NCBI GenBank assembly: GCA_963784375.1
Contig: CAWAQY010000021.1
Location: forward strand, 51,093-115,092
Direction: 5' to 3'
Source of the DNA: an uncultured Chloroflexia bacterium
GTDB taxonomy: Bacteria > Chloroflexota > Dehalococcoidia > GIF9 > UBA5629
Length of the DNA: 64,000 nucleotides
Numbering within the stretch: the stretch's first letter is position 1; the number at the start of each line of letters is the position of its first letter. The notes beneath the pieces were generated by a model that searched no databases, was not told the origin of the DNA, and saw only the letters and a list, made by a program, of their open reading frames with translations. Of this stretch, positions 22,653-33,482 are shown piece by piece. The position numbers and the translations under genes were made by a program.

Positions 22653-23969
22653 ATGAACTATACCCAGGCTGAGACCTACGTCCTGAGCTTTACCGATTAC
22701 GAGAAAATTCCGGGTATTGCCTATGCTGCGGAAAACTTCGACCTGAGGCGCGTAGAAGCAGTGTTGAGCCTGCTCGGAGACCCTCACCTGGGTACAAAAA
22801 CAGTGCATATTGCCGGCACCAAAGGGAAAGGAAGCACTGCGGCCATGATAGCTCAGGTGCTCATCACCGCAGGTTATAAAGTCGGACTTTACACGTCGCC
22901 CCACCTTATTACATTGAGCGAGCGCATCCGGATAAATAATGTCCTGATATCAGAACAGGAGTTTGCCTTACTGGCAACTGAAATTCAGCCGCTGATCGAA
23001 AGGGTTAATAAGGAAGCTTCTTTCGGGAAACTAACTACCTTCGAAATTTTGACCATAATTGCTTTTGCCTACTTTAAGAAGAACTGCGTTGACATACAGG
23101 TGGTAGAGGTGGGACTGGGAGGACGGCTCGATGCCACGAATGTTGCCAGGGGTGATGTCTGTGTTATAACCTCTTTGAGCCTGGACCATACTGCAGTACT
23201 GGGCAATACTGTGGCCAAAATAGCTGTCGAGAAGGCAGGAATAATAAAACCCGGAAGTATAGTGGTCAATTTCCCACAGCCAAAAGAAGCCCTGGAAGTT
23301 ATCAAACAGACCTGCAAGAAGCAGGGCGCTACGTTGATTCAGCTCGGGGAAGATATTACCTGGAGCAGGACCGGTGGTAACCTGAACCAGCAATCGCTCA
23401 CTGTCGTAAGCAAGAACCAGACCTACGACTTGCAAATACCCCTTATCGGTGACTATCAGCTGGAAAATGCTGCCGCAGCAGTTGCAGCCCTTGAAGCATT
23501 AACCGGAATTGGAATAAAAGTATCAAGGGGAGCGATAGTCGAAGGATTGGAAAAAGTTAAATGGCCGGGCAGGTTGCAAATTTTGCAGCACCAACCATTG
23601 GTAGTTGTCGATGGCGCCCATAATGTACTTTCTATTCGGAGGATGCTCGAGACCATCAAAAATTATTTCGAATACGATCGATGCAATGTTATTTTTGGAG
23701 TTTCATCGGACAAGGATATTCCGGGAATAGTGAGGGAACTGGCATCGTTTACTCCACACATTATTGTTACCAGGTCCAGTCACCCCAGGTCGGCTACAAG
23801 TTCTGCATTGGTTGAGGAATTCTCAAAAATGGGGATTAAGCCAAAGGTTGTCGATACCGTATCTCAGGGCATAGCAGAGACACTGATTGTAGCTCAAAAA
23901 ACAGACCTGATACTTATTACCGGTTCGCTTTTTGTGGTGGCTGAGGCAATAGAATCCTATTCCAGATAG
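22653..23969 (+). CDS. folC: Folylpolyglutamate synthase / dihydrofolate synthase
   Basis: HIAGTKGKGST, YTSPHL, EVGLGGRLDATN, WPGRLQ, DGAHN. Confidence 0.96.
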   Translation: MNYTQAETYVLSFTDYEKIPGIAYAAENFDLRRVEAVLSLLGDPHLGTKTVHIAGTKGKGSTAAMIAQVLITAGYKVGLYTSPHLITLSERIRINNVLISEQEFALLATEIQPLIERVNKEASFGKLTTFEILTIIAFAYFKKNCVDIQVVEVGLGGRLDATNVARGDVCVITSLSLDHTAVLGNTVAKIAVEKAGIIKPGSIVVNFPQPKEALEVIKQTCKKQGATLIQLGEDITWSRTGGNLNQQSLTVVSKNQTYDLQIPLIGDYQLENAAAAVAALEALTGIGIKVSRGAIVEGLEKVKWPGRLQILQHQPLVVVDGAHNVLSIRRMLETIKNYFEYDRCNVIFGVSSDKDIPGIVRELASFTPHIIVTRSSHPRSATSSALVEEFSKMGIKPKVVDTVSQGIAETLIVAQKTDLILITGSLFVVAEAIESYSR

Positions 23970-23997
23970 TTTCCGGAATTGTAATTATAGGCTGGAA

Positions 23998-24252
23998 CTA
24001 CTCGGATACCGTTGAAAGGGCTTGTTTGGGCAGCATGGTTCCCAAAAGACGTTGAAGAGCCATGGTATGGCTGCAAATTCCCCTCTGTGAGAAAAAGGAG
24101 CAGGTGCAGTGCCATTTTCCATCTTTAAAACCCACTTTGTAATTGTCATTTTCCCCGCGGAAATCAGTAGCAAAATCTAAAAAGGTAACACGTTCAGGTT
24201 CAAGAGCATATCGTTTGGCCTTTTCGATCTTTCCGATAAGACTTGATTGCAT
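23998..24252 (-). CDS. Small SWIM-type zinc-finger protein
   Basis: MQSSLIGKIEKAKRYA..WHCTCSFF...ICSH (CxC..CxH); GGAGG RBS. Confidence 0.75.
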   Translation of the reverse strand: MQSSLIGKIEKAKRYALEPERVTFLDFATDFRGENDNYKVGFKDGKWHCTCSFFSQRGICSHTMALQRLLGTMLPKQALSTVSE

Positions 24253-24380
24253 GTCACAACCTCCGCGTATAAGTATATAATTTTGGCGGCGGCATTGTCC
24301 AAGAAGTAACGGTTTCATGGAGTGCTTTGCCTCTGTCGGGCTTATCAGGCTACAATAGGTGCAATCGGAGGTTCCTCATA

Positions 24381-25742
24381 ATGCGTAATGAACTTGCCAG
24401 TGCTTTAAAAGGGCATAATGCCGAGTATATCGAGATCAGGCTTGAGGAGGGTGAGTCGACCCGGATAGTTTACCGCGGACCACGGCTGGAAGAGATCGCC
24501 AGAACTTCCGGCGCTGGCGGCAATGTACGTGCCCTGGTTAAGGGGGGTTGGGGGTTTGTCAGTTTTAATACTATGGACGATTTGCGGAGTAAAGTCGAGC
24601 TGGCAGTAACTCAGGCAGGGTTGGTGGGGAAGGGAGATACCAAACTGAGCAAGATAGAACCAAAGGTTGATACAGTGGCTGCTGAAACCGGGAAGAATCC
24701 TCTCTCAATATCCCTGGAAACAAAAAAGAAATTGCTTGATGAATATAACGACCTCATTTTAAAAACACCAAAAATTCAAACTTCAAATATCAGCTATTCA
24801 GACGGGCAGAAAAAGACAACCTTTGCCAGTTCCGAGGGTGCTTATATTGAACAAAATAGAATCGATATAAGTGCGCGATTAACAGCCATAGCGGCGCAGG
24901 ATGGTAATGTCCGTCAAATCGGTTTAAGTATCGGCAGTAAAGGTGATTTTGCGGTTGTTGAAGGATTGCAGGAGCAGGTAAAAGGAATTGCACAACGTGC
25001 TGTCGGGTTGTTATCTGCTCCACAAGCCGCCGGGGGTGAATATACGGTTGTCCTCGATCCTGTGCTGGCAGGGGTTTTTGTTCACGAAGCCTTTGGACAT
25101 TTATCTGAATCGGACCATGTGTATGAAAACCAGAAGCTGCGCGATATTATGGTACTGGGCAGGAAATTTGGCGGCAAGCATCTGAATATAGTCGATGGAG
25201 CTGCTGTTCCCGGTTTACGGGGCAGCTATAAATATGATGATGAGGGGGTGCCTGCAAGTCAGACTTATTTAATACGGGAAGGAACCCTCGAGGGCAGGCT
25301 ACATTCCCGTGAGACAGCCGCCAAAATGGGGGAAAAACCTACCGGGAATGCTCGTGCCATAAGCTATTCTTTTCCCCCCATTGTGCGGATGACCAATACC
25401 TTTATTGAGCCGGGTTCCATGTCTTTTGAAGATATGATTCACGATATCAAAGAAGGCATTTACGCTAAGGATTGGTATGGCGGTACTACCAGCCTGGAGA
25501 TGTTCACTTTTTCCGCGGCTGAAGCCTATATGATTCGCGATGGTAAAGTGGCGGAGCTTCTGCAGCCGGTGATGCTCAGCGGAAATGTTTTTGCAACCCT
25601 TAATAATATCGATGCCATCGGCAATGACCTTGATATGAACCAGGGTGGAGGATGTGGCAAAGCAGGACAATCTCCTTTACCGGTTTCTAATGGGAGCCCG
25701 CATATCAGGATACAACATTGTCTGATCGGGGGTGGCAGTTAG
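24381..25742 (+). CDS. tldD: TldD family metalloprotease
   Basis: HEAFGHLSE, YDDEG, RMTNT, GGCGKAGQ. Confidence 0.93.
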   Translation: MRNELASALKGHNAEYIEIRLEEGESTRIVYRGPRLEEIARTSGAGGNVRALVKGGWGFVSFNTMDDLRSKVELAVTQAGLVGKGDTKLSKIEPKVDTVAAETGKNPLSISLETKKKLLDEYNDLILKTPKIQTSNISYSDGQKKTTFASSEGAYIEQNRIDISARLTAIAAQDGNVRQIGLSIGSKGDFAVVEGLQEQVKGIAQRAVGLLSAPQAAGGEYTVVLDPVLAGVFVHEAFGHLSESDHVYENQKLRDIMVLGRKFGGKHLNIVDGAAVPGLRGSYKYDDEGVPASQTYLIREGTLEGRLHSRETAAKMGEKPTGNARAISYSFPPIVRMTNTFIEPGSMSFEDMIHDIKEGIYAKDWYGGTTSLEMFTFSAAEAYMIRDGKVAELLQPVMLSGNVFATLNNIDAIGNDLDMNQGGGCGKAGQSPLPVSNGSPHIRIQHCLIGGGS

Positions 25743-27045
25743 ATGGAAGAGATTATAAAACGGGCAAAAAAAGTAGCCGAAAAAGCTGAAGTATTTCAGG
25801 TCATTTCAAAAAGAACGCCGGTAAAATTCGAAGCGAATATTTTGAAACAGATTCAGACCAAAGAAGGTACTTCCACTGCGCTCCGGCTGATTAAAGATGG
25901 TAAAGTAGGATTTGCTCAGGTCACAGGCACGGTTGAACCGGAAAAATTGATTGCTATGGCACTGGAAACAAGCAAATTTGGAGCCGTTGCCGAATTTGAA
26001 TTTCCGGGTCCGAAAAGTTATCCCGCGGTAGATATTTATGACGCTCGGGTAGAAAAAGTGACCATTGCCGAAATGGTGCACGTTGGAGAACAGCTTATCG
26101 AGGCGGTTCGAAGTATAGCCCCGGAAATATTGTGCGAGGCATCTATAGCTAAAGGAACAGTCTCTGTTCACATTCTGAACTCGAATGGCGGCCAGGCCAA
26201 CTATGAAAAGAGTTTCTTCTCGACTGGAATTGAAGGTATGATCGTTGAGGGGAATGACATACTTTTTGTCGGGGACGGCCAGAGCTCGTGTCACCCGGTA
26301 CTCGATCCTAAAGAACCTGATTGATGAAGTAATCATGCAACTTGATCTGGCAAAGAATAAAGCAAGCCTTTCCTCACAGCCTATGGCGGTGATTTTCAAG
26401 CCAAATGGGGTCGCCAGTGCCCTCATAAGCCCCCTGATAAGTGCCTTTAATGGTAAGACAGTATTTATGGGTGCTTCTCCATTGAAAGAGAAGCGGGGAG
26501 TGCAGGTTTTTGACAAGAAGTTTTCCCTTTATGATGATGCGCTCTTACCCTACGAGGTAGCGAGTTGCCCCTGTGATGATGAGGGAGTGCCGGGGCAACG
26601 AACGCCCCTTATTGAAGATGGGGTGGTGTCGCAATTCTACTATGATCTTCAGACTGCGGGTTTGGCCGGAGCCAGGAGCACTGGCAATGGTAGCCGCGGT
26701 GGCGGCTTACCTTCGCCGTCAATCAATTCTCTTATTATAAAGGGCGGTACAACTGCCTTTAATGATATGGTGGCACGTATCAAGATCGGATTGATAGTAG
26801 AACAGCTTATGGGTGCAGGTCAGGGGAATGTTTTGAATGGCGATTTCAGCGGCAATGTATTGCTTGGTTATAAAATAGAAAACGGTGTAATAACCGGTAG
26901 AGTGAAAGATACCATGGTTTCTGGTAATGTATATCAGGTAATGAAGGAGATTGAGGCGATGGGGAATGACTCGCGATGGGTGGAAGGATTTTTGAAAACG
27001 CCGAGCATTTATTGCGCTAACCTTTCAGTAGCTGCAAAAGGATAA
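25743..27045 (+). CDS. pmbA: TldE/PmbA family protein; indel near 26310
   Basis: DDEG, STGNG, GDFS, IENG; no HExxxH; directly follows tldD. Confidence 0.9.
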
Positions 27046-27057
27046 GGATGTGGGATT

Positions 27058-27912
27058 ATGAAGAATGCTATTAAGTTTATTAAAGAACCTAAAGCTAAGG
27101 AATTCGACCTTCTGGCATCATGGCCCGGAATCGGTAATGTGTCTTTGATACTGGCCAAGTACCTGAGAGATAAATTGCATGCTGAAGAAATCGGGACGAT
27201 CGAGCCTTTTGACTTTTATAATCCGATCGGTGTTATGGTCAAAAATAATTTGGTAGAAGCCCCTCAGTTTCCTGAGTGCAAGTTTTATTACTGGCTGAAC
27301 CCTAAAACTGACAGGGGATTACTCCTGTTTATCAGCGATGAGCAACCGAATTCGAAGGGTTATGACCTGGCCGGTTGTGTGCTGGACATTGGTAAAAAAC
27401 TTCGGATTAGCAGGGTTTACACCTGTGCAGCAGCTATTGCCCGAATTCATCACACCGAAACACCCAGAGTCTGGGGAGCTGCTACCAAACCCAATCTCAT
27501 TGACGAATTAAAGAAATATGATATTGTGCTGAGAGGTGACATTCAGATCGCCGGGCTTAACGGTTTATTTCTGGGAGTAGCAAAAGAGCGTGAAGTTGAC
27601 GGTATTTGCCTCCTGGGAGAAGTTCCGATGTATACAACCCGGATACCGAATCCGAAAGCCGCATTGGCTATCCTTGGCGTAATGACCAAGATTCTAAAAA
27701 TAGACCTCGATATGACTGAACTGGCAACTATAGCCAAGCAGGCAGATGAAGAGATGAAAAAGCTGGCTGCTGAAGCAATGGAAGAATTTATTACCAGTTA
27801 TACCAAACCGGTATGGCCGGCTCCGGAAGAGTATGAAGAAGAGGAAGGTGATGACGAAGATGAGGATGAAGAAGAAGATGATGATGAGGAGGAAATCAAT
27901 CAGGAGAATTAG
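27058..27912 (+). CDS. PAC2 (proteasome assembly chaperone-like) family protein with acidic tail
   Basis: WPGIGNV, IAGLNGLFLG, GICLLGE, PNPKAA; C-terminal D/E run. Confidence 0.85.
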   Translation: MKNAIKFIKEPKAKEFDLLASWPGIGNVSLILAKYLRDKLHAEEIGTIEPFDFYNPIGVMVKNNLVEAPQFPECKFYYWLNPKTDRGLLLFISDEQPNSKGYDLAGCVLDIGKKLRISRVYTCAAAIARIHHTETPRVWGAATKPNLIDELKKYDIVLRGDIQIAGLNGLFLGVAKEREVDGICLLGEVPMYTTRIPNPKAALAILGVMTKILKIDLDMTELATIAKQADEEMKKLAAEAMEEFITSYTKPVWPAPEEYEEEEGDDEDEDEEEDDDEEEINQEN

Positions 27913-28844
27913 GTGACCCCGGAAGTATCAATCCGACAATATATTGCTGAAGCTTTGGCCCCGAATGAGCTGCTGACTAAATCTCTTTTAACCCGTCTCA
28001 GTTGCATCAGCGTCGGTGACCTGGAATATTTCAAACAATTATGGCCGGGAATACCGGTGGACCGAAAGCGTCATGTGATATCCCAGTTAGTTAAATTAAG
28101 CCAGGATAATTTCAGGTTAAATTTCTCGGAGATATTTGTTTATTGCCTTTATGATACTGATTCCAGAGTAAGGGCCAGTGCCATTGCCGGTTTGTCGGAC
28201 GAGGAAGACTATTGTTATGTATCCCCTCTCGTGCATATAGCTAAAAAAAGATACGACACACGAAGTTAGAGAAGCTGCAGTCAAAGCTTTGGCTAACTTT
28301 GCAACGCTGGGGGCAAACGGCAAGTTGTCGGAAGCTCTTATCAATAAGATTTACGATGCTTTGCTTGAATTATTGGACGATGTATCGACAGAAATCGAGA
28401 TCAAAAGCCTGGCGCTGGAAGCAATTGCACCTCTTAACTTACCGCGAGTAAAGAGTTTGATAGAAGACTCATTATCGTAGTAATGATGCAAAACTTAAAA
28501 CAAGTGCAGTGAGGGCTATGGGACGTACTTGCGACCCGCTATGGCTGACTACATTACGAAATGTTCTGCAGAGCGGCGATAAAGAGCTACGCCATGAAGC
28601 TGTACATGCTCTCGGTGAACTTGGCTCTGAAGAAGCTTTACCTGATATAGTGGAGTTACTTAGAGATGGAGACGTTCAAATTCAAGAAGCGGCTGTCAGG
28701 GCTTTGTCGGAAATTGGCGGCGATGAATCCAGAAGGGTATTGACTGAGCTTGTCAGAAGCCCCCAGGAAGGTTTAAGACGTACCGCCAAACTTGCGCTTA
28801 AGGAGCTCGATATTTGCAGCGACCCACTAAATCCGAATCTGTAA
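27913..28844 (+). CDS. HEAT/PBS-lyase repeat protein; several indels
   Basis: DSRVRASAIAGL, EVREAAVKAL, ELRHEAVHALGELG, QIQEAAVRALSEIG repeats. Confidence 0.85.
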
Positions 28845-29375
28845 ATACACTTCCGACACTCAACGGGAACAAAATAATACTGCGTCCCAAGCAAAGTAGC
28901 GACGCTGTCAATGATTATGAGTGGCGCAAAGATAGTGAGCTGTGTTCTCTCGATGCAGCGCAGCCTATAATCAGTTCTTTTGAAGAATATTTAAGATTCG
29001 CCTCCGAGTTTTCTTCCTCTTCAAAGCGGTCATGTCATTTTGCTATCCAGACGCTACAGGGAAAACATATTGGCAATTGTAGCTATTTTGACATAGATGA
29101 GATTTCCCGTGAGGCTGAGATCGGTATTATGATTGGGGATAAAGACTACTGGAATCGTGGCTTACGGTACGGATGCGATATGCACTGTCGTGCACTATAT
29201 TTTTTCACAAACAAGGCTGAAGAGAGTTTATCTCAAGACATTGGAGTGGAATATTCGAGCCCAGAAATGCTTTCAAAAATGCGGCTTTAAATCCTGCGGG
29301 CACCTTAATCGTGACGGATATAGTTTCATACTCATGGAAATTCTCCGCCCCGCCCCCACATCAGGCCAGATTTAG
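28814..29375 (+). CDS. RimJ/RimL-type GNAT acetyltransferase; indel
   Basis: HIGNC, AEIGIMIGDKDYWNRG-YGTDA, NIRAQKCFQKCGF. Confidence 0.88.
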
Positions 29376-29431
29376 GGGTAAATCCCTAACAACTACCAGG
29401 TCCCCAGGCTATGCGCAAATCAACTTACTTT

Positions 29432-30115
29432 TTAGTCGATTACAAACGTCTTTAACGCGGTTTGAAGCTCCTTGTAGTTTACAAACTGCTTGATCATTGC
29501 GTTTTTAAACCGTTTTGAGTGATTGAAATGTTGGAGATGGAGTAGTTCGTGGTACACAATAAAATCAATCAGACTGACAGGCAGACAAATCAATCTCCAG
29601 TTAAAGGATAAGTTCCCCTGCCGGGTGCAATATCCCCAGCTTTTGGTCTGCTTTGTTGCTATATTGTTAAAGCTTACTCCGAGCTGTGGGGCGAATTCCC
29701 TGGCTTTCTGTTTCACATAACTATAAGTCTGAGCGGTGATGAAATCAACCAGAAGTTTATCGTTTTTTTGTTCAGAGTTACCGTAAACAATAACCCGTTT
29801 CCTGTCCAGTTTTACTCCCGTGAGTTCTTTTTCTGCCAGTTGAAATTCAACTTTAAGATATTCCCCCTGATACAATATTTTACCGTTGCTGAACAATTTC
29901 CTTACCTGTGCTAACTCTTTAACCTTCTTCTCCAGCCACTTATGTTTATCCTCCAGGACACTCTCCGCAGTGATTCTTCTATTATGGGGAAGGCTTATTC
30001 TTAGGTGCAGATCAGAAGTGATCCTGAGATAAGCGTGCCGGATACGCTTGTATTGTATGCTGCAGGTCAGTTTTTTACCGTTTATCTCCAGTTCTGTAAT
30101 AGCCATATTATTCAA
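29432..30115 (-). CDS. YgjP/DUF45 (M48-like) metal-dependent hydrolase
   Basis: WGYC..LSFNWRL..IVYHELLHLQHFNHSKRF. Confidence 0.88.
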   Translation of the reverse strand: MNNMAITELEINGKKLTCSIQYKRIRHAYLRITSDLHLRISLPHNRRITAESVLEDKHKWLEKKVKELAQVRKLFSNGKILYQGEYLKVEFQLAEKELTGVKLDRKRVIVYGNSEQKNDKLLVDFITAQTYSYVKQKAREFAPQLGVSFNNIATKQTKSWGYCTRQGNLSFNWRLICLPVSLIDFIVYHELLHLQHFNHSKRFKNAMIKQFVNYKELQTALKTFVID

Positions 30116-30155
30116 TCTTTGGAAGCTTCTGACCAGAAGCCTGCTCTATTTTCCT

Positions 30156-30299
30156 TCAACAACCTGGTTCGCCGGGATGGCCGCAGCACGTCTGTCCTTT
30201 TCTTATTTTGATAAAGGTATTGCGAATTACGAGATAAAGCTTCCTGTGAAGAGGAATCTGAGCGCTCATATTGGACAAGAAATTGCTGGTAGTTCTCAT
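30156..30299 (-). CDS. 47-aa Cys-rich peptide ending CCGHPGEPGC-TGA, absent from the ORF track
   Basis: MRTTSNFLSNMSAQIPLHRKLYLVIRNTFIKIRKGQTCCGHPGEPGC*; co-oriented upstream of the YgjP-like gene. Confidence 0.6.
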   Translation of the reverse strand: MRTTSNFLSNMSAQIPLHRKLYLVIRNTFIKIRKGQTCCGHPGEPGC

Positions 30300-30425
30300 A
30301 ACGTTGTTGACTGCTTAACAGTGTAAACTGAGTTTCAATTCAGGTCAACCTTCTCTCCCCTCATATTTGTTATAATTGGAGATGCCTGCGGGTCGGTAGA
30401 CTCATGATTGCATCACTCGAATAAA

Positions 30426-31562
30426 ATGACTAAAGATATTGCACTTTACGTCCATTTTCCTTTTTGCCGTCGGAAATGCAGCTATTGCTCGTTCGTATCC
30501 TACCAGGATTTCGATTCCGCTATTCCCTACTATATCAAAGCGCTTAAACGGGAATTGGCTTTACGAGTTGCTGATAAAAATATATCAACTGTTTATTTTG
30601 GCGGCGGCACCCCCAGCTTGCTTAGCTCAGAGCAACTGGGAGACATAGTATCTGCTATACGAACGGTCGCCAGCGTTGACAAAAATGCAGAGATTTCAAT
30701 TGAAGCAAATCCCGGAACGACTGGTGAGCTATTTTTTAGGGATATAAGAAAAATAGGTGTAAATAGACTCAGTGTTGGGGTACAGAGCTTTAATGACCGG
30801 GAGCTCAATGTGTTAGGCAGAATTCACTCCTCAGAGGAAGCAAAGGAGGCAGTGCACTATGCCCGGAATGCAGGATTTTCCAATATAAGTATAGATTTGA
30901 TCTACGGCATACCAGGGCAATCACTCGCAGATTGGCGTTATAGTTTAAAGGAAGCTATGAAACTGGATGTCGAACACCTTTCGCTCTACGCGTTGAGTCT
31001 GGAAGGTTGTGAGCCGATGAGCAAAGCCATTGAGCGTGGAGAATTGCCTGCTCTTAATCCTGATCTATGTGCTGATCAATTTCAAATGGCAGAGGATTTG
31101 TTAGCCCAACAGGGTTATTGCCACTACGAGATATCGAACTGGTCAAAAAAGGGTTATGAATGCAAACATAACCTTACCTACTGGCAGAACGAACCCTATA
31201 TCGGGATAGGAGCGGCAGCACACTCTTATATCGACGGACAACGATTGGCAAACACAAAAGATATCAAAACATACCTGGATACTTTCTTGAACAACTCGCA
31301 GCCGGTGCTGGATGTTGACGAAGAGATTGGGTTTGAGCTGCACCTGGCTGAATCGATTATTCTGGGTCTGAGATTGAACAGGGGAATAGATTTAGTTGCC
31401 TTTGGAAAGCGTTTTGGCGTTAATGTGCTGAGTCGCTACAACAAACAGGTGAGTTACCTTGCGGATTTGGGGCTGCTGGAAATTGCGGGAGAAAGCATGC
31501 GGCTCACAAATCGTGGAAGATTACTGGGGAACGAGGTATTCTGGAGATTTCTACCTGCCTGA
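30426..31562 (+). CDS. hemW: Radical SAM heme chaperone HemW (HemN-like)
   Basis: YVHFPFCRRKCSYCSF, YFGGGTPS, YEISN, HNLTYW. Confidence 0.92.
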   Translation: MTKDIALYVHFPFCRRKCSYCSFVSYQDFDSAIPYYIKALKRELALRVADKNISTVYFGGGTPSLLSSEQLGDIVSAIRTVASVDKNAEISIEANPGTTGELFFRDIRKIGVNRLSVGVQSFNDRELNVLGRIHSSEEAKEAVHYARNAGFSNISIDLIYGIPGQSLADWRYSLKEAMKLDVEHLSLYALSLEGCEPMSKAIERGELPALNPDLCADQFQMAEDLLAQQGYCHYEISNWSKKGYECKHNLTYWQNEPYIGIGAAAHSYIDGQRLANTKDIKTYLDTFLNNSQPVLDVDEEIGFELHLAESIILGLRLNRGIDLVAFGKRFGVNVLSRYNKQVSYLADLGLLEIAGESMRLTNRGRLLGNEVFWRFLPA

Positions 31563-31607
31563 ATTATTTAAAGTAAATCGATGTAATCAGGGAGATTCAC
31601 TAATAAA

Positions 31608-33428
31608 ATGGATCAGTCAATGATCAGGAACTTCTGCATTATTGCTCATATAGATCACGGTAAGTCCACACTGGCTGATAGGCTTATTGAACTTACCGGC
31701 ACAATGAGTAAGGATGAAATTGGCGAGCAGGTACTTGACAGTATGGATCTGGAACGTGAGCGAGGCATAACCATTAAGGCTAAAGCTATCCGGTTGGATT
31801 ATAAGGCGAAGGATGGCAAGACGTACAGGTTAAATTTAATTGACACCCCCGGCCACGTGGATTTTTCTTATGAAGTGTCGCGTACCATTGCTGCTTGCGA
31901 AGGAGCATTGCTCGTAATAGATGTTACGCAAGGTATTCAGGCACAGACACTGGCTAACGTCTATCTGGCCATGGAACATAATCTTGAAGTTATACCGGTG
32001 TTGAATAAAATTGATCTATCTTCCGGTGAGCCCGAAAACGTTCTGGAAGAAATAAGGACCGTACTTGGTTACAATCCCGAGATGGTTGTTTCTATAAGCG
32101 CCAAAACGGGCCTGGGAGTAGCGCATTTACTGGAGGAAGTCGTAAAACGGATACCGCCTCCCAGGGGTGAAGTCGCTATGCCGTTGCGAGCACTTATTTT
32201 TGATTCACACTATGATTCATATAAAGGCGTCATCGCATACCTCCGGGTAGCGGATGGGCAAATATCCAAGGGAACGAAACTTAGGTTAATGGGGCAGGGC
32301 AAAGAAATAGAGGCCCTGGAAGTGGGCTATTTCTCTCCCGGTCCATGTCCTGTCGATACTTTATCAGCCGGTGATGTTGGCTATATGGCTACGGGATTGA
32401 AATATGTGGGAGAATGCCGGGTCGGAGATACCGTTACGACAGTTTCAAACAGTGCGACTGAACCGCTTATCGGATACCGCCCGGCAAAGGCGATGGTATT
32501 TGCCGGCATATATCCCGCCGAAGCAAACGATTACCAGGAGCTCCGTGAAGCAATTGAGAAACTCAGCCTTAATGATGCTTCGCTTTCTTTTGAGCAAGAG
32601 TCGAGTCCGATTTTAGGAAATGGGTTTCGCTGCGGATTTCTGGGTTTGCTGCACCTGGATATCGTGGTTGAGCGTTTGGAGCGGGAATTCAATTTGTCAT
32701 TGGTGGTGACAGCTCCCGGGGTAAGTTTCATCGTGACTAAAATCGGGGGAGAGAAGTTGACAATAATCAACCCCACCGATTTGCCGGAATCCAATGAAAT
32801 TGCCAAAATGGAAGAACCCTGGGTACGTATATCGATTATCACGCCGTCCAAGTTTATCGGTCCTGTGATGGACCTGGTTACGGAATATGCAGGAGTGTAT
32901 AAAAAGACTGAATACCTGGGGCAGGCAAAAACTTTGAGTGAATTTGGCCAGCGGGTACAGCTTGAATATGATATGCCCTTACGCTCTATGTTGACCACCT
33001 TTTATGATCAGTTGAAAAGCCGGAGCCAGGGGTATGCTTCCCTTGACTATGAGCTTATAGGCTATCGTGAGGCCAAGCTTATAAAAATCGATGTGCTGGT
33101 CAACCAGGTGGTGGTAGATGCATTCAGCCGTATTGTGCCACCGGATAAAGCGCATGATGTCGGAAAAGCGATGGTGCATAAATTAAAGGAAGCCATCCCG
33201 CGCCAGCTATTTAATGTGCCGATTCAGGCGGCTGTTGGCGGACGGATTGTAGCTCGAGCCGACATACCTGCTAAACGCAAAGATGTGCTCGCGAAATGTT
33301 ATGGGGGCGATATCACCCGCAAACGCAAACTTCTGGAAAAACAGAAAGAGGGCAAGAAAAAAATGAGGCACATCGGACATGTCGATGTGCCCAAAGAAGC
33401 GTTCATGAGTGTACTGAAACTTAGCTAG
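31608..33428 (+). CDS. lepA: Elongation factor 4
   Basis: [50 protein letters not shown]. Confidence 0.98.
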   Translation: MDQSMIRNFCIIAHIDHGKSTLADRLIELTGTMSKDEIGEQVLDSMDLERERGITIKAKAIRLDYKAKDGKTYRLNLIDTPGHVDFSYEVSRTIAACEGALLVIDVTQGIQAQTLANVYLAMEHNLEVIPVLNKIDLSSGEPENVLEEIRTVLGYNPEMVVSISAKTGLGVAHLLEEVVKRIPPPRGEVAMPLRALIFDSHYDSYKGVIAYLRVADGQISKGTKLRLMGQGKEIEALEVGYFSPGPCPVDTLSAGDVGYMATGLKYVGECRVGDTVTTVSNSATEPLIGYRPAKAMVFAGIYPAEANDYQELREAIEKLSLNDASLSFEQESSPILGNGFRCGFLGLLHLDIVVERLEREFNLSLVVTAPGVSFIVTKIGGEKLTIINPTDLPESNEIAKMEEPWVRISIITPSKFIGPVMDLVTEYAGVYKKTEYLGQAKTLSEFGQRVQLEYDMPLRSMLTTFYDQLKSRSQGYASLDYELIGYREAKLIKIDVLVNQVVVDAFSRIVPPDKAHDVGKAMVHKLKEAIPRQLFNVPIQAAVGGRIVARADIPAKRKDVLAKCYGGDITRKRKLLEKQKEGKKKMRHIGHVDVPKEAFMSVLKLS

Positions 33429-33482
33429 GTAAACGCTGGTGAGGGGTAGACTCCAGTCGCAAGCGCATAAATAGAGAGAGCT

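Noticed and set aside
25806-26516. Long antisense ORFs (25806..26516 and others such as 32531..32998 and 61646..62179)
   Set aside because: They are shadows of well-supported genes on the opposite strand and have no recognisable motifs.
27826-27894. GAA/GAT tandem repeat as a microsatellite or CRISPR
   Set aside because: It encodes the acidic tail of PAC2 and has no repeat-spacer structure.
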